A DNA stretch of 64,000 bases from Felis catus (Eukaryota): positions 225,372,001-225,436,000 of the forward strand of contig NC_058368.1 in assembly GCF_018350175.1 (NCBI RefSeq), read 5' to 3'. Below the pieces are notes generated by a model, which saw only the letters and a program-made list of their open reading frames with translations, was not told where the DNA came from and ran no database searches. The position numbers and the translations under genes were made by a program. Shown here piece after piece: positions 49,547 to 63,119 of this stretch (its first letter is position 1; every line of letters starts with the position of its first letter).

Positions 49547-49819
49547 TGTCACGGCTTATTTTTAGTGACATTATACTAAGTCATGGGGACCTCATTTTTT
49601 TAACCACTCTTATGAACAAATCACATCAAATTTTCTTTTCTTAGAATTTTGCCAAGATTCCTCATCGTGCTCATTGTTTCAATGGACTCTAGATTCCAAC
49701 TAATCCCACATTTTAAAAATAGGGAAAAGGTTTAGCAACTCCAGCCTTGGGAATTTTGCCCGTTTCCTGATGATTCTTCAAGGAAGGGAGTCTGGTAAAC
49801 AAAAGCTGTCAATATCCAA

Positions 49820-50099
49820 CCTGACACATGTTCATCAGGAAACATGTTCACAAATGTTTTTAGCAGTGTTCTCCAGAAAGGAAACAACACAAGCATCTAT
49901 CAACAGTGTAACTATTAAAAGGCCTCGTCATTGGTTTACCAGACCATGGCACCCTACACGGGGGAAATAATGGATCAGGTTACACGCATCCATGTGGCTG
50001 AATTTCCAAAGCAACATTGATCCAAAGAAACAAATTATTCATGTAAAATTCAAAAACGGGCAAAATTAAAAATACTATTGGTTGATATTACGGTTATAG

Positions 50100-50137
<38 letters not shown>

Positions 50138-50360
50138 CACAATAAAAACAAGGATGTCATTAACACAAAATTCAGGACAGCGGTTATGGGGGATGCAAAG
50201 CGGGGGAAAGACCCATGATCTAACTGGAGCACACGGCCACTTCTGGGGTACCGGTGATGTTTTCATTTCTCAGCATAGATGTCCGTTTTTGTTTAAACAG
50301 TACATGGACGTTTGCACATACTGCTTGTCTATCTTACAGTGTTTTAAATCACAAAACAAA
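49820..50360 (+). mobile_element. Old L1 (L1ME-like) 3' fragment with (CA)n at 50100-50135
   Basis: catgttcacaaatgtttttagcagtgtt...aaattcaaaaacgggcaaaattaaa...acaaaattcaggacagcggtta. Confidence 0.75.
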
Positions 50361-51793
50361 CCACGGCAAAACACCAGCAATGGTGCTGGCGAAGCAGGTT
50401 TTTATGGGCATCGATCATTTCATGCCCATGTTATTCTGGTTTATGAATCCGTAATAGATCCCACATTAGCTGGCTTCTGAAATGCGATGCTACTGAACGT
50501 ATATAGATTCCTTTGTCTGCGAGGAGCTTTAGAATCTGGCAAGATATTTGAGATAGAAGATTCCTGGAACCTCAGGAGGGCCGCCTGGGCAGGAGCATGG
50601 GCCTCCCACCCCCCCCCCCCCCATCTGGCTTATGGCCTGGTCCGACCACCCCTGGTGAAAGCAAGGTCAGGGAAGCATAGGAAATATGTGCACCGAGGCC
50701 TGATACCTTCATTTATTAAATCTTTATCCTTGGACATCAAAAACTCCTGAAAGTAGGGAGTGGGGGTCATAATAGTCTCTTGGGCAAACAATAATGGAAG
50801 AGGCCCTACTCCGCCTACTCATGATGCTCACAGATCGCACTTGGAGACACCTGCCTGGAGAGAGGCCCAGAAGAAACTTTGGCACAGGAGTTGTCTTTGC
50901 ATTTGGTCAGCTGTTTCCTCTAAAGTGCACTAAAAGCTATGAGATGGGAAGGAATGGATAGTTGCCACTGACTCAAAGCCTCTTATTCTCCCAGCCAGAC
51001 AGAGTCTAAGTGCCGATTGTAGTCAGTTCTAAACACAGACACAAACACGCCAGTTTATGTCTCCAGAAATATTCGGGTTTCTATTCTGCAAGAAGGAATA
51101 GTTTTACTTGTTAGCTCTCCATGGAGGGAAGAAGGATAGCAGAAGCTTTTAAACGGAGCCACAGTAACTCATTCCCCCAAAAGAACATATTAGACAAAAA
51201 GATAGCAAAAAAAAAAAAAAAAAAAAAGGGATTTCAGGGACTCTCTATTGTTTTCGAATAAAATTAAGGGGTAGTTTCTAAATTCAAGTTTGCACAGGTA
51301 TGCATGTCCATGGTCTCCAAAGGTCAGTGTCCTGAGATGGCTGTCCCAGGATGAATTCACAACTCAGTGGCCTTGTTGAATGTGGGGCTCTCTGCCCATT
51401 CCACTGAGGCTGCCTGAATTTGCTCAGCATCCCTTCATTTCTGCTGGAATCTGGGACTCGCCCCAAGGCCAGGATGGGGTTAACAGAGGGGCAGTGGAAA
51501 CCTTTGGCCCTGCTTCTGGTTATCACCGCCAGAGAACTACCCCCCTCACATTCCCCTTCTCACCCCATGGCTTCTTTGCATCTTGCACAAAAGATCCGAA
51601 ATAATTTGAATCTGTCTTCTTTTCCTCAAACTACTGATCCTCAACAAAAATGCATCAGGGTCGGGATAGAATATGACACCCATGCCCATCAATAGAGATC
51701 CCTAGAGGACACATTCAACTAAATTACCCACTCCAGATTCTGATAGGTATGGTCTTCAGACTGAGTGGTTGGGAGCAAAAAAGGAATTCGATA

Positions 51794-52023
51794 GTTGTTG
51801 TTGTTGTTGTTGTTTTTTTAACGTTTATTTATTTTTGAGACAGAGAGAGACAGAGCATGAACGGGGGAGGGGCAGAGAGAGAGGGAGACACAGAATCGGA
51901 AACAGGCTCCAGGCTCTGAGCCATCAGCCCAGAGCCCGACGCGGGGCTCGAACTCACGGACCGCGAGATCGTGACCTGAGCTGAAGTCGGATGCTTAACC
52001 GACTGAGCCACCCAGGCGCCCCT
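51794..52023 (-). mobile_element. Young carnivore SINE with (GTT)n-extended tail
   Basis: CpG-intact reverse-complement SINE. Confidence 0.94.
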
Positions 52024-52117
52024 TTTTTTTTTTTTTAATGTGATTTTTGCCTCAATCTTTGGGCTAGCTACGTAGTCATGATTTTCACCCGTATTCGACT
52101 TTTTCGTATCCCATACA

Positions 52118-52296
52118 TGGGTGGTTCTTAGGTCTGTATGCACATTAGAATTGCCCAGACAGATTCTTAAAAAATAAAGACCACCTCCCTGGCCTTGTCC
52201 TGATATCCTGACTGAGTTGGTCTGTGGCGGGGGCTCAGGTCCCGCCATTTTCAAAAGTTCTCCAGATGTTTTTGAAAGCATAGCCAGGGTTGAAAA
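52118..52296. mobile_element. MER5-type hAT-Charlie element
   Basis: gtggttctta...cacattagaattgcc...gccagggttgaaaagcatt. Confidence 0.7.
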
Positions 52297-53019
52297 GCAT
52301 TAGGTAGAGGCCAAGTGAAAATGGGGGAAGATCAAAGGGAGCCATAAACCAGAGATGTTACTCAAGATGTTTATCTATGCATGTTTAAGTTTGGGAAGAG
52401 ACAGAGGGGAAGAAGGGGCACCTCACTGAATGTCAAAATGACCGTTGGAGCTTGCACTTGTGTGAAGCGCTGAACTGACATTTGATCCCACCGTGCACTT
52501 AGCACCTGTAGGACCTCGGACTGAGCAAGCCAATGCGGGGTGTCTGGGGAACCAATGAACACCAAGAAGTGTCGCCGACCAGAGTTAGGAGATCCCTTCC
52601 CTCTCCCAACACAGCAGACACAGAATAACGATTAAGCTTTGCAGTCCAGTCTGGATCCCAGTCTACGTTCTGGTTTTTAGCCACCCTGGCCTATTCTCAT
52701 CCGTAAAACTGAGATCTTGAGGGTACCTATCTCCTAGGGCTCTCGTGAGACAGCCCCAGGCGCATAGCAAATGCCCAGTTAACAGTGGCTTATTCATGCA
52801 GACAGAGTCAAAGTCCTGCCTTGCCACACGGTTCCTCAATGCAGAATCCAGGATCGTGAATGAGAGAACGCCAAGGAGAAGAGGTAACTGACGCCTAGAA
52901 CAAATGTTCTCGGTTGGTTAGGGAACAGGACTCTATTTATACATTCATTGATAATATTCAACCAACATGAACTCAGCATCTATTCTAAGGGTTCCCTTGT
53001 GATGCTAATATTATCCTAG

Positions 53020-53391
53020 CTTCTCAGTTGTCCATGTGGGTTGCTGTAACAAAAATACCAGAGACTGAGTGGCTTCAACAACAGACATTGATTTCTCACA
53101 GTTCTGGAGGCTGGGAAATCCGGGAGCAAGATGCCAACAGATTCAGCGTCTGGTGAGAGCCCCGTTGTCTGATTGCGTGGACGTCCCCCCTCTGTGCTCT
53201 CACTGGTGGAAGAAAGCGAGGGAGTCCTCTGTGGTCTCTTTTATCAGGGTACCATCCCATTCATGAGGCTTCTACCCTCACTACCTGAGCACCTCCGAAA
53301 GGCCCCACTTCCCAATACAATCACATGGAAGGTTGAGATTTCAACATACACGGTTTGGGGAGGGTACACAAACATTCAGTCCCTAACACAC
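53020..53391 (-). mobile_element. MLT1A-like solo LTR
   Basis: gctgtaacaaaaatacca...tctcacagttctggaggctgggaaatcc...acaaacattcagtccctaaca. Confidence 0.88.
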
Positions 53392-53591
53392 AGCCGTGTT
53401 ACAGATAAGGAAGTGGGCGTGGTTATGGAGTCGCAAACATTGAGCTGGAATCTGGACCCAGATCTTCTCACTCCAAGGCTGCCTTCCCTTTCTTGGTGAG
53501 CTCACCCGTCCTCGTGGCTTTCGATATCATCGACAGGCTTAAGTGGTCCGAACAAACATCTCCAGCTCAGACTTCTCTGAACTTTCAACTT

Positions 53592-54103
53592 TGGGATACT
53601 GAATATTTTGAGCTGTAATCAAAAACAGCAAATACAGGGACAGGCTTTCTCTGAACGCCCCTTATCCACCGAAAGACGGCTCCTCCAAAAGGAAGTTCCC
53701 CGCTGGGAGTTTCATCAACCAGGAAGGATCGACTCTTATCACAGGAGAGGAGACTGGGAGCCTAGCAGATACCACACCCAGCAAACTCTGTCACAAACAG
53801 TCCTACCTCCCATCCCTGCTTCTAAGGGCCCCTTCCTCTTTCCTAAAGATCCTTCACTCCTCCCCTAAGAAGCCTATACACCCCCCTTCCCTGATTAAAA
53901 TGGTATTTAGGCTTGAATTCTAAAGCCATCTCTTGGAGGTACTCATTTTCCCTCAGTTTCTCCCGTGTATCCAAGAGGTACACATGTCAATAGACTCGGT
54001 GTGTTTTTTTCCTCTTGTTAATCTGCCTTTTATTCCAGGGGGAACTCGGCCAAGAGCGGGGTACTCAGGAGGGTAGAGGGAAGATTATTTTCCCTCTCCT
54101 ACG
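53592..54103 (+). mobile_element. ERV1-class solo LTR (MER34/MER39-like)
   Basis: ggtatttaggc TATA-like, caatagact polyA-like, tcttgttaatctgcctttt, terminal tttccctctcctac. Confidence 0.7.
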
Positions 54104-54689
54104 GTGGTGACTCCGTTCTTACAATTTGTTGCCCGGGCAAAACTCTGAGTCCACCCTGGCCCTTCTCCCACACCTCACATCTAATTGGCCAATACATCCT
54201 GTCACTCTGCCCAAACATGCACGCAGAATCTGATGGCCATCCCTCCCCCCATCGCCACCTTCCCGGTTAAAGTCACCACCACCTCTTGCCTGTGTGTGAC
54301 CACACTGCCCTCTCAGGGTGTCAGGCTCCCGGCCCCGTCACCCCACGACATCTGTTCAACCCCGAAGTCAGAGCGATCTTATTAAAATATGTTAGGTCCC
54401 ATCCTCCTCTGGGCAAAACCGTCCAACAGCTCCCCACCTCGTCTCATGACCTATACCCGATCTGTACGTGCCCACCCTGCCCCTGTCTGTCTTCCTCTCT
54501 AATCCTGCTCTTCACTCACGCCCCTCTTGCACACTTGCCTTGACTGTGCTGGCACTCTCCCACCTTCTCTCCTTCCTTCTGTCTGCCGTGCTGTTCCCCA
54601 TACCCTCCTGGCTTGCTCCCTTTCTCCTTTAAGGTCTTCACTCAAAAGTTAATGTCACCCTGTCCAGCGGGACCTCTCCTGTCTAAATT

Positions 54690-55231
54690 TGCGATTGGCG
54701 CATAAGGATTATCTTGAGCCAGAGGCAACTGAGATAAAGCAGACACAGAGAGAGCTCTCTGCCTCCCCCATCCACCAAAAAGCAGGGCATAAATTTGCCT
54801 GGTGCAGGTGTTCCCCCCACCCCCACCCTGTTCCTGTACCAGGAAGAGCAGAACAATCCTAATCACCAGAGACACATCAAGATTGATCTGCCTGAACAAA
54901 TTTTACCCAATAACCTTTCTCTACCATTAGCTTTCCCCAAATACTTCCTAGTCACCTGCCCGTAATTTACTGGCTCTAAGAGCCCAAACCCCCTTCCCTT
55001 TGTTCCTTGTCGCTTCCCCACCGTGTATCGCCTCTTGTCAAAATGGTACGTAAGCCCTTGAGCCTAACCACTTGTTCAGATTTTCCACTTCTTTTCTGTG
55101 AAGCCCCCGTGCATGTAAAATTAAAAACCTTAAAATGCGTCTGCCTCTTCTTCTGTTAATCAGTCTTCTGCCTGTTTAGTTCACAGACCCCAGGCACTGA
55201 ACCTACAGGAAAAGCGTTTTCTTCCCCCACA
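54690..55231 (+). mobile_element. ERV1-class solo LTR (MER34A-like)
   Basis: aggcaactgagataaagcagacacag...ctgttaatcagtctt...tttcttcccccaca. Confidence 0.72.
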
Positions 55232-55555
55232 GTCACTTCTAAGGTACCATATATTTTCTTGTTGATCTTGCTTGTGGTATCCCTCCTTGGTCTAGAATGT
55301 AAGTTCTATGAAGGCAGAGATCTTTGCCTGTTTTGATTACTACTGTCTCTTTAGCACCCAGAATATTGCCCAGCACATAATATAGGCTTAATAAATATTG
55401 GTTGAATGAATAAACGGAGTACTTTCCCGTACAAACAGCACCTAGGAAGGCAGCCAAGTGAAAACTCTAGAATTCTAATATTCAGTGAGAGATGTTACAG
55501 TCGTAAAAATATTCTTGATCATTGATGTGAGTAGTTAAGATGGCAAGAGTATGGG

Positions 55556-55603
55556 AATTCAGAACACTGGAGTGGAAAAGTAATTCAGAACACTGGAGTG
55601 GAA
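55556..55603 (+). repeat. Tandem duplication, period 26 (22-bp identical core aattcagaacactggagtggaa)
   Basis: Copies at 55556-55577 and 55582-55603. Confidence 0.9.
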
Positions 55604-55867
55604 GCCAATGTGGCTATTTCTATTCTCAGTATCATGTGACCGGGCAGGGCCTCAGGATTCTTGGGAAATGGGGGGCGGGAAGGGTAATAACTGACATTTT
55701 CAGTAGGAAAAATGGTCTCTAAAAAGGAAGAATTAAAAAAAAAAAACAATTGTATACCAAGGAATTTATCAGAGAATAATTTGGCCATTCGGTTAAACTC
55801 AAAGGATGAAATGAGAAAACGGAAATGCAACCTGGTCTCGGATGAAGTTCAAGATGTATTTGGGCCA

Positions 55868-56088
55868 GGGGCACCTGGGTGGCTCAGTCGGTTGAGCGTC
55901 CCACTTCGGCCCAGGTCGTGATCTCACAGCTTTGTGAGTTCGAGCCCCGCGTCGGGTTCTGTGCCGACGGCTCGGAGCCTGGAGCCTGATTTGGATTCTG
56001 TGTGTCCCTCTCTCTCTGCCCCTAACCCACTCGCATTCTGTCTCTGTCTCTCTCAAAAATAAATAAACGTTAAAAAAATTTTTTTAAA
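55868..56088 (+). mobile_element. Carnivore SINE
   Basis: Perfect TSD aagatgtatttgggcca. Confidence 0.94.
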
Positions 56089-57428
56089 AAGATGTATTTG
56101 GGCCAAAGTGTCATCTACCATTGTTAGGGGAATTCCCACGAGCTGCAGAAGCTGGGGCTCTGGCCAGTAAGGGATTATCTCCAGGAAAGTGTTCCCTGAG
56201 TACTTTCCAACCACACCCGCTACTACTCAGTGCCCTCCGTAAACCCCAAATGCCGCCTTTTATTGGTGCCAGTTTTCATATTTTTGAAAAACGCTTTTGC
56301 CATGCAGCTTAGAAACAAGGGAGAAACAGACTTCGGGGGAGGAGCCCCCCCCCCCCATCTGCTTCCTCCAAAACTGTGAAACACTGACACCTGGCCTGAC
56401 TTTCAGGCAGAAGCTCCAGGATTTTTCTGTTTCAAAACAAAGCAGGGCAGACTTAGCTCCTGGCTGCTTATAAATCTCGCCAGTGACTCTTACAAGAGAA
56501 TAGGCGTATAATGGTTCTTGGCGTCGTCTTTTCTCACATTTACACTTTTCTTCATGCGGAAGAAATGATCTGCGATACAGAATATATCGGTTTGCGTTTC
56601 CCCACCCAGGACGTTACCTAGAATCTCATCTCTGCTTGGACTTCCTGTTGTAGTTCAGGTACCCTATGTTACTTATGGAGGTTGAGATTCAGGAAGCATA
56701 ACCTTCCATTTTCTCCTCTCTCTTTCCCATTTGCTTCTTCCTCTCAGCTCGGAGTCTCATTCCAATCAAAGTGCCCGAACAACCAGTTCAGCAAGTTTTT
56801 TGTTTGTTTGTTTGTTTCCCGTTGGGGACTCCTGGCCGCCCAGCAGTGCCGATCTAGGAGATCAGCTGAGGCAAGGACTTTTTATCTTGTGGCTCCCGGT
56901 AGGAAGTTTTTTGGGACAAAGGGAGACTCAGAGTAACAGGCGGGGTTGTGTGCAGATTGGCAAAATCCGCTGGACGACCCTCAGAGTTTTCAACACGCCT
57001 GTTACTTGTCTGCTTTCATTACGGTAGCTTTCGCCGGGCTCAGTGTGGGGACAGCCTGTTTGCAAAGGTGAAACGTGACCCCATAACCAATTCTCTGGTG
57101 ACTATGAAAACTTTCACTGCCCTCCCCCCCCCCCCCCGCCCCCACACTGGGTTTAGCAGGAGGTTTCTGCTAAACTTAATTGAACTAAATAAACTAAACT
57201 AACCCTACTCAATGGCTGACAAATAGAATATAAACCACCCAGGACAATGGTATCACTTTGATATGGTAAAACAACCAATTTCTCTAGCTTTTTCTGCTTA
57301 CCATTTCACCTAACTAGTTCAGAATTGCCGATATTGTAAACTTTCTTTTTGGTTGCGCTTTTGGGGGGGGCTGTTTCTGCTCACATCTGCGACAGAGGTG
57401 AATATTTAAATATATCATTTAAAAGTAT

Positions 57429-57657
57429 GGGGCGCCTGGGTGGCGCAGTCGGTCAAGCGTCCGACTTCAGCCAGGTCACGATCTCGTGGTCCGTGAGTTC
57501 GAGCCCCGCGTCAGGCTCTGGGCTGATGGCTCAGAGCCTGGAGCCTGTTTCCGATTCTGTGTCTCCCTCTCTCTCTGCCCCTCCCCCGTTCATGTTCTGT
57601 CTTTCTCTGTCCCAAAAATAAAATTAAAAATAATAATAATAATAATAATAATAAAAT
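57429..57657 (+). mobile_element. Young felid-type SINE with (AAT)n tail
   Basis: gtggcgcagtcgg...cagccaggtcacgatc diagnostic segment. Confidence 0.94.
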
Positions 57658-57799
57658 AAAAGTGTATCTTACCCTGCTCGTGTGAGTTATTTCCTTTTAT
57701 TCAAGTGTTTAAAGGGACACACTCCCAAATATGTTCCTATGAGCAACGTTGTTTTTATCATTATTTTTAACATCATCGACATCATTCTTTTTCATAGTT

Positions 57800-58010
57800 T
57801 CTTTTTTTTAAGTTTATTTATTCATGTTGAAAGAGACAGAGACAGCGTGAATCTGGGAGAGGCAGAGAGAGAGAGAGGAGACAGAGAATCTCAAATAGGC
57901 TCCAAGCACTGTCATTGTGGAGCCGAAGGGGGTCTCAAACCCACAAGACCGAGAAGTCGCGACCTGAGCCTAAACCAAGAGTCGATGCTTAACCGATGCA
58001 GGCACCCCGG
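57800..58010 (-). mobile_element. Diverged carnivore SINE
   Basis: TSD-like catcattctttt. Confidence 0.85.
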
Positions 58011-58231
58011 CATCATTCTTTTATTCATAAATGTTTTACATCCCCAGCATACATGGAAACTTTTAATTTAGTGTTTGTGAAGGTTATTGATAGGCACCTA
58101 GAATTCTAGAAGACACACAAAGTTAAGTTCCAGTTTTCAATGTAAGGAGTAGAGAGGTGGGTACCAGATTTCAGGAGGATCATGCTTGGATCATTGGCAG
58201 ACTTGAAGAGAGAGAGTTTTTCACAGAAATG

Positions 58232-58428
58232 TTTCTTTCTTTTCTTCTTCTTCTTTTTTTTTTTTTTTTTTGTTTATTTTGAGAGAGCGAGCAAGTGGGG
58301 GAGGGGCAGAGAGAGAGGGCAAGAGAGAGAATCCCGATGCAGGGCTTGAACTCCCAAACTATGAGATCATGACCTGAGTGGAAATCAAGAGCCAGATGCC
58401 TAACCTCCTGAATCATGAAGTCACTCCA
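58232..58428 (-). mobile_element. Diverged carnivore SINE with internal deletion
   Basis: TSD cagaaatgtttctt. Confidence 0.85.
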
Positions 58429-59329
58429 GAAATGTTTCTTACATCAGGAAATTCCAGAGGGTTCTTTCAGAGCAGGAATCACCACCAATGAGGGAGATAA
58501 ACACCACTTCCTGATTGAACTCCACCTGCCATAAAGTGACCATTGACATGAGAGACTTGCTCCCCGGATGCTGCATGTCTGCTTGTCATGTTTCCAGAAC
58601 AGTATGCTCTTCTCCAGGTACCCCTGAAGCTGAAGGCGCAGGAAGGCAGGCGCTGACATCTGTGAACACTCGGGACATTCTCTCAAATACCAGGTGAAGC
58701 CATCCAGAGGGCTTACCCTTTTCCATAAGCATAAGACGAGCATGAGCATAGCTCCAAAATTTTCTCATAGATTTACCCCAAATCTAATCATTTTGAACAC
58801 ATGGAAAAATTCCTCAGTAAAGCCTGTTTTGAAAAATTTCAACCTGCTTCTGCCAAACAAGTAAGAAAATACGTCGAAGCGGTTCTCAGGGAAACTAAGA
58901 GAGAGCAATTATATTAAAATTCCTCCTGAAGCATATTTAGGTTCTTTACGCAAAGCTTTCCTATCTTTGTTTTCATGGTCAGGAAACAATAGAAAGGGGC
59001 CATAGAAGGATTTTTGTAGCTGGGTTTCCCTCGGGGGCGGGGGGGGGGGGGGGGGGCCAGGGATGACCTAATTCACATATCAGGTCGGTTTGAAAATCAA
59101 AAAGATGCCTTGCCCCAACAGGGCCTGCCATCTGGTTGTTAAGCCAACCCTCCACCACTGTCCTTATTGTTCGTGTTTTGCTTTCATCTGTATTCATTTG
59201 GTGCCAAGGCAGAACCCTGTGGTTAGGTCGCATGGGACAATACGATTAAGGTATCTAACACTTCTAGAGCAATTCGCTCCGAGCCAAGTTCTGCCAGATT
59301 CTGTTCAGAGCCTTTGGCCTGTGTAATCG

Positions 59330-59470
59330 GGGTCTATCCTCTTTGCAATCTAAGAAGTAAGTATTGCTAATGCCATCCCCATTTTAGAGGAGAAAACTGA
59401 AGCAAAAGGAAAAATGACTTGCCCAAACCCTCAGGGTGTGAATGTCACAGCCAGCCTCTGAGCCACCCCC
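59330..59470 (-). mobile_element. MIR
   Basis: atccccattttagaggagaaaactgaagc...tgacttgcccaa. Confidence 0.7.
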
Positions 59471-61724
59471 TCTTCACTTAGGGCCACATACCCAGAAAAG
59501 CATAATGGGAAGGAACAGAAGTCTTCCCCTTTGATTTTCAAACTTTCAGATATTCTACATATTCAACCTTTCACTTATAAAAACTTACTGCATCTTCATA
59601 TTCTCTGGGTTGTCCCAGGGAGTAATATACCATCCCACTTCAGCTAAGGAATGGTCATTTCAGAAAAAAAGGTTTCGAATTGACGTTAGTGATCTATTCC
59701 ACTCAAATACATTGCTCAACAACGTACTTTGCCTCCGATGCTCAGTGTGGGAGAATAAAATGTCAGTTTCACCCAAAAGTAGAATTCATTCACGCAGTTT
59801 TATGAAATTCCAGAAATGGAAAGTATGCCAGCATGAGTTGCAAAACTCCTGATGTGTTTAAGGAAAAATACAAGTTGTTTCCACTGTTGGGAAATAATCG
59901 ACTTTAGTTAATAAACACAACAGTATATGTAAGGCTTGATCACCGCCCGGCTTTCTGGGGAAAAACCCCTACAAAGCGTTTTGTTACCTTTCCTTTTCTC
60001 TTCAGACGGAAAATTCTACTTCCTCAGTATTTCTAGTGTAACTTTCGCATCCTGACAGTACAATCAGCAGCCTCATAGTCCAATATCAAGTGGTGACAGG
60101 ACTTTTTCACGTCCCAGAGAAAAAGAGTCCAGCACTTTCTACGTGAAAAGTTGCTTTGAAGGACCCGTGCTATTTCACGCAGATGCATGAAGTTTAATGT
60201 TCACATCTCCTTGAGCCAGGAAGCACTAAACTTAAAACACAATTTTTATCTATAGGTTTTAGATCTGATAAGGTGTTCGGTTTTCCCACGCCTTCACAGC
60301 TGCCTTGTTTCCAGTAACACTGCTGTGCAGGTTTCCACAAGAATCCCAAAGCTTTGAAACAAAACTTGGCCTCCGCGTGGAGGCCGTGAACTGCAGCGTG
60401 AGGTCATGCTATTGTTGACAGCGGTTACTTCTGCAAATAGGAATTTGTATTCGACCTTGTTCTGCATTGTTCTTCGAGGGTCAACAAAACGTGCGGTGAG
60501 CGTTTTTTTTTTGAACTGTCATCATTCAAACACGTTATTCAAATCCACTCATTCATTCGTAAGCTCCTTGAGGGCAAGAACCAGTTTTGCTCTGCCCCTG
60601 GTCTTTGTATCCTTCCTGGACTCAGCCATAGACGCTAATTAAAAATGCACGCACGCACACACGTATACAAATGTTTACAGTTGAAGTGATCAGAGTAAAT
60701 TAAATAGACCCCTCTCATTATGATGGAATGGAGGGGAGCTCAAAGGGAGGAGACCGAGCACTTAGAAGGTCATTGGATCACTCCAGGCAAGTACTGTAGG
60801 AACCAGGGATTGGGAAAAGTAGCCACGGAGTTTAACTGGACACTCCAGCCCCAGAGCCACTTTGTTATCCTGCCTTAGCTTGGGCAACACGCCTAGGAAA
60901 TTACAATTCATGAGAAAACAAGTTACCATGCTTAATTTTTAGATCTTCCCCATTTGTTACATATTCTATTCTAAAGTTGGACGAAAATTTATTAAGCTTT
61001 GTTGTTTTATTCTCTTACGTGTCTTCTTGAGTAATTCATCATCCCACTTCACCTAAAGGTTTTCAATTTGGGAAACATAAAACAAATAAAAAGCAGTGAT
61101 TTACCCCGTTAGTAGTCTATTCCAATTAAAGTGTCCTAGGGAAATGCTGAGGAGGTAGAATGGATGGGATGAGGGATTGGCTGGAAGAGGGGTATAAAAG
61201 AGAGAGAGATACAGAAACACAGGGAAAGAGACAGAAAGGGAGGATGACAATTTCACCTTCTCTGTTTTGAGAAATAGGACCCCAAAATGGCGGCCCCATT
61301 ACCGAGACCAGGAAGGCTGGAGGAAATCCTTCCAAGTCAACCATTACAAGGACCTGCTTCTCCTTTCCCATAAGATTGGCCATGATTGTTGGGGTCAGCT
61401 CTTCAGTTGATGCCACTGGCGTTATATTTTATCACTGTGTAGTTTTTTCGCTCCGGATAATTCTGAAATGCTCCAAAGAGTCCTGATCAAGCTAAAAAAA
61501 ACATAGTGTGTTACACGGCAAACTGAGATATGTCCTAACAACTCAGACCACCTCTCACAGAGCTGTTTGCTTGCTGTCATTGCTAAGAAATATTGTGGAT
61601 GACCCAACTGATCAACCTGCCATACTGAAGTCTGACGATTAACTCAAAATCATAAGCCTTAATCCTAACAGGTTTGAATTCGAGATGGCATAACGCCTTT
61701 TCTATGTTAGTATGTTAGTGCATC

Positions 61725-61942
61725 TTTTTTTTTTTTAATGTTTATTTATTTTTGAGAGAGAGAGAGAGAGACAGAGCGTGAGCAGAGGAGGGGCAGAGAG
61801 AGAGGGAGTCACAGAATCTGAAGCAGGCTCCAGGCTCTGGACTGCCAGCACAGAGCCAGATGCGAGGCTCGAACTCATGAACCACGAGATCGTGACCTGA
61901 GCCAAAGTTGGACGTTTAACCAACTGAGCTACCCAGGTGCCC
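61725..61942 (-). mobile_element. Carnivore SINE
   Basis: TSD gtatgtta(g/c)tgcatcttt. Confidence 0.94.
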
Positions 61943-62883
61943 GTATGTTACTGCATCTTTAATTTGAGCTCATAAGAGTTCAGCTTTCACATGGAGCTGC
62001 AAAATTAGCTAACTAAATAAGTGTTCAAGATAAAGCAGTAACCTGATCCTCAATAGAATTTTCCATGATGAGCCTGCTTTGAAATGGCTGCAAGACCATC
62101 TATCTGGTAACAAGTTCTGCCCAAGAATCCCTCTGGTTTTAAACATACCAGCACTTACAAATGTTTGTTTATCTACCACCAATTTGAGATGCCCATATTT
62201 CCACTTCTATATCCTCACAGAACAGAAAGAAAAATCTTCTCTTTCCCACATGAGTCCACACTTCTTAGAACATGACTGCTTCTTTCTGCAGCCAAAACAA
62301 ACTCTGGTTCCAAAGGAGAGTATGGCCTTTTGGGCTTGGTCCCGCCCCTACTTACTTGAAGACATAAAATGTGTATCGGGTACTTTGCTTGGTGCCTTAG
62401 TGAACACCTATACATCATGGGTCTGCTGGAAATCTGTGCTCACGGCTTGTCATGAAAGGTGTGTGCAAATGGGCCAGCAAGGAGCTGCTATGCACACGCA
62501 TATTACACAGTCTCTTTTCCACCGTTCTTGCAGATTCCATTTACAAAACACAAGTTCAAAGACAAATTTCTTTCAGAACTTCAGGATGACAACCACAGAA
62601 CATCTACTCAAGCATGATGCCCTTCTGAGCATGGGGCTCTGAGGGACCGCACAGGTCACACATGCCCAGGAAGCTGGCCCTGGGACAATGTGGATATAGA
62701 GGTCGGGGGATACATGAAAGGCTCACTCCAGAAATGTAACGGTATTGAGAAGACAAGTGTCATCCAGCTTGCCCAAGTCACAAGTCTCCCACGTCTACCA
62801 AAACAGCATATGGATACCAGAAGATGATACTAACTGAAGTGGGAATGGAAAGAAATAACACGTGACCCAAAGACCAAGTCCTA

Positions 62884-63107
62884 GGGGCACCTGGGTGGCT
62901 CAGTCGGTTACGCATCCGACTTCAGCTCAGGTCATGATCTCACACTCTGTGAGTTCGAGCCCCACGTCGGGCTCTGTGCTGACAGCTCAGAGCCTGGAGC
63001 CTGCTTTGGATTCTGTGTCTCCCTCTCTCTCTGCCCCTGCCCTGCTCATGCTCTGTCTCTGTCTCAAAAATAAATAAAAACATTTTTTAAATGTTTAAAA
63101 AAAAAAA
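62884..63107 (+). mobile_element. Carnivore SINE
   Basis: TSD aaagaccaagt(c/t)ctag. Confidence 0.94.
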
Positions 63108-63119
63108 AAAGACCAAGTT

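Larger units (their letters stand above)
53480..55412 (+). mobile_element. L2 element interrupted by two LTRs
   Basis: atctccagctcagacttctctgaact...gtcagagcgatcttattaaaat...tagaatgtaagttctatgaaggcagaga...ttgaatgaat. Confidence 0.75.

Noticed and set aside
59125..59138. CTCF-like motif CAACCAGATGGCAG on the minus strand
   Set aside because: Single imperfect motif match with no supporting evidence.
62079..62642. 187-aa plus-strand ORF
   Set aside because: Non-ATG start, no recognisable family.
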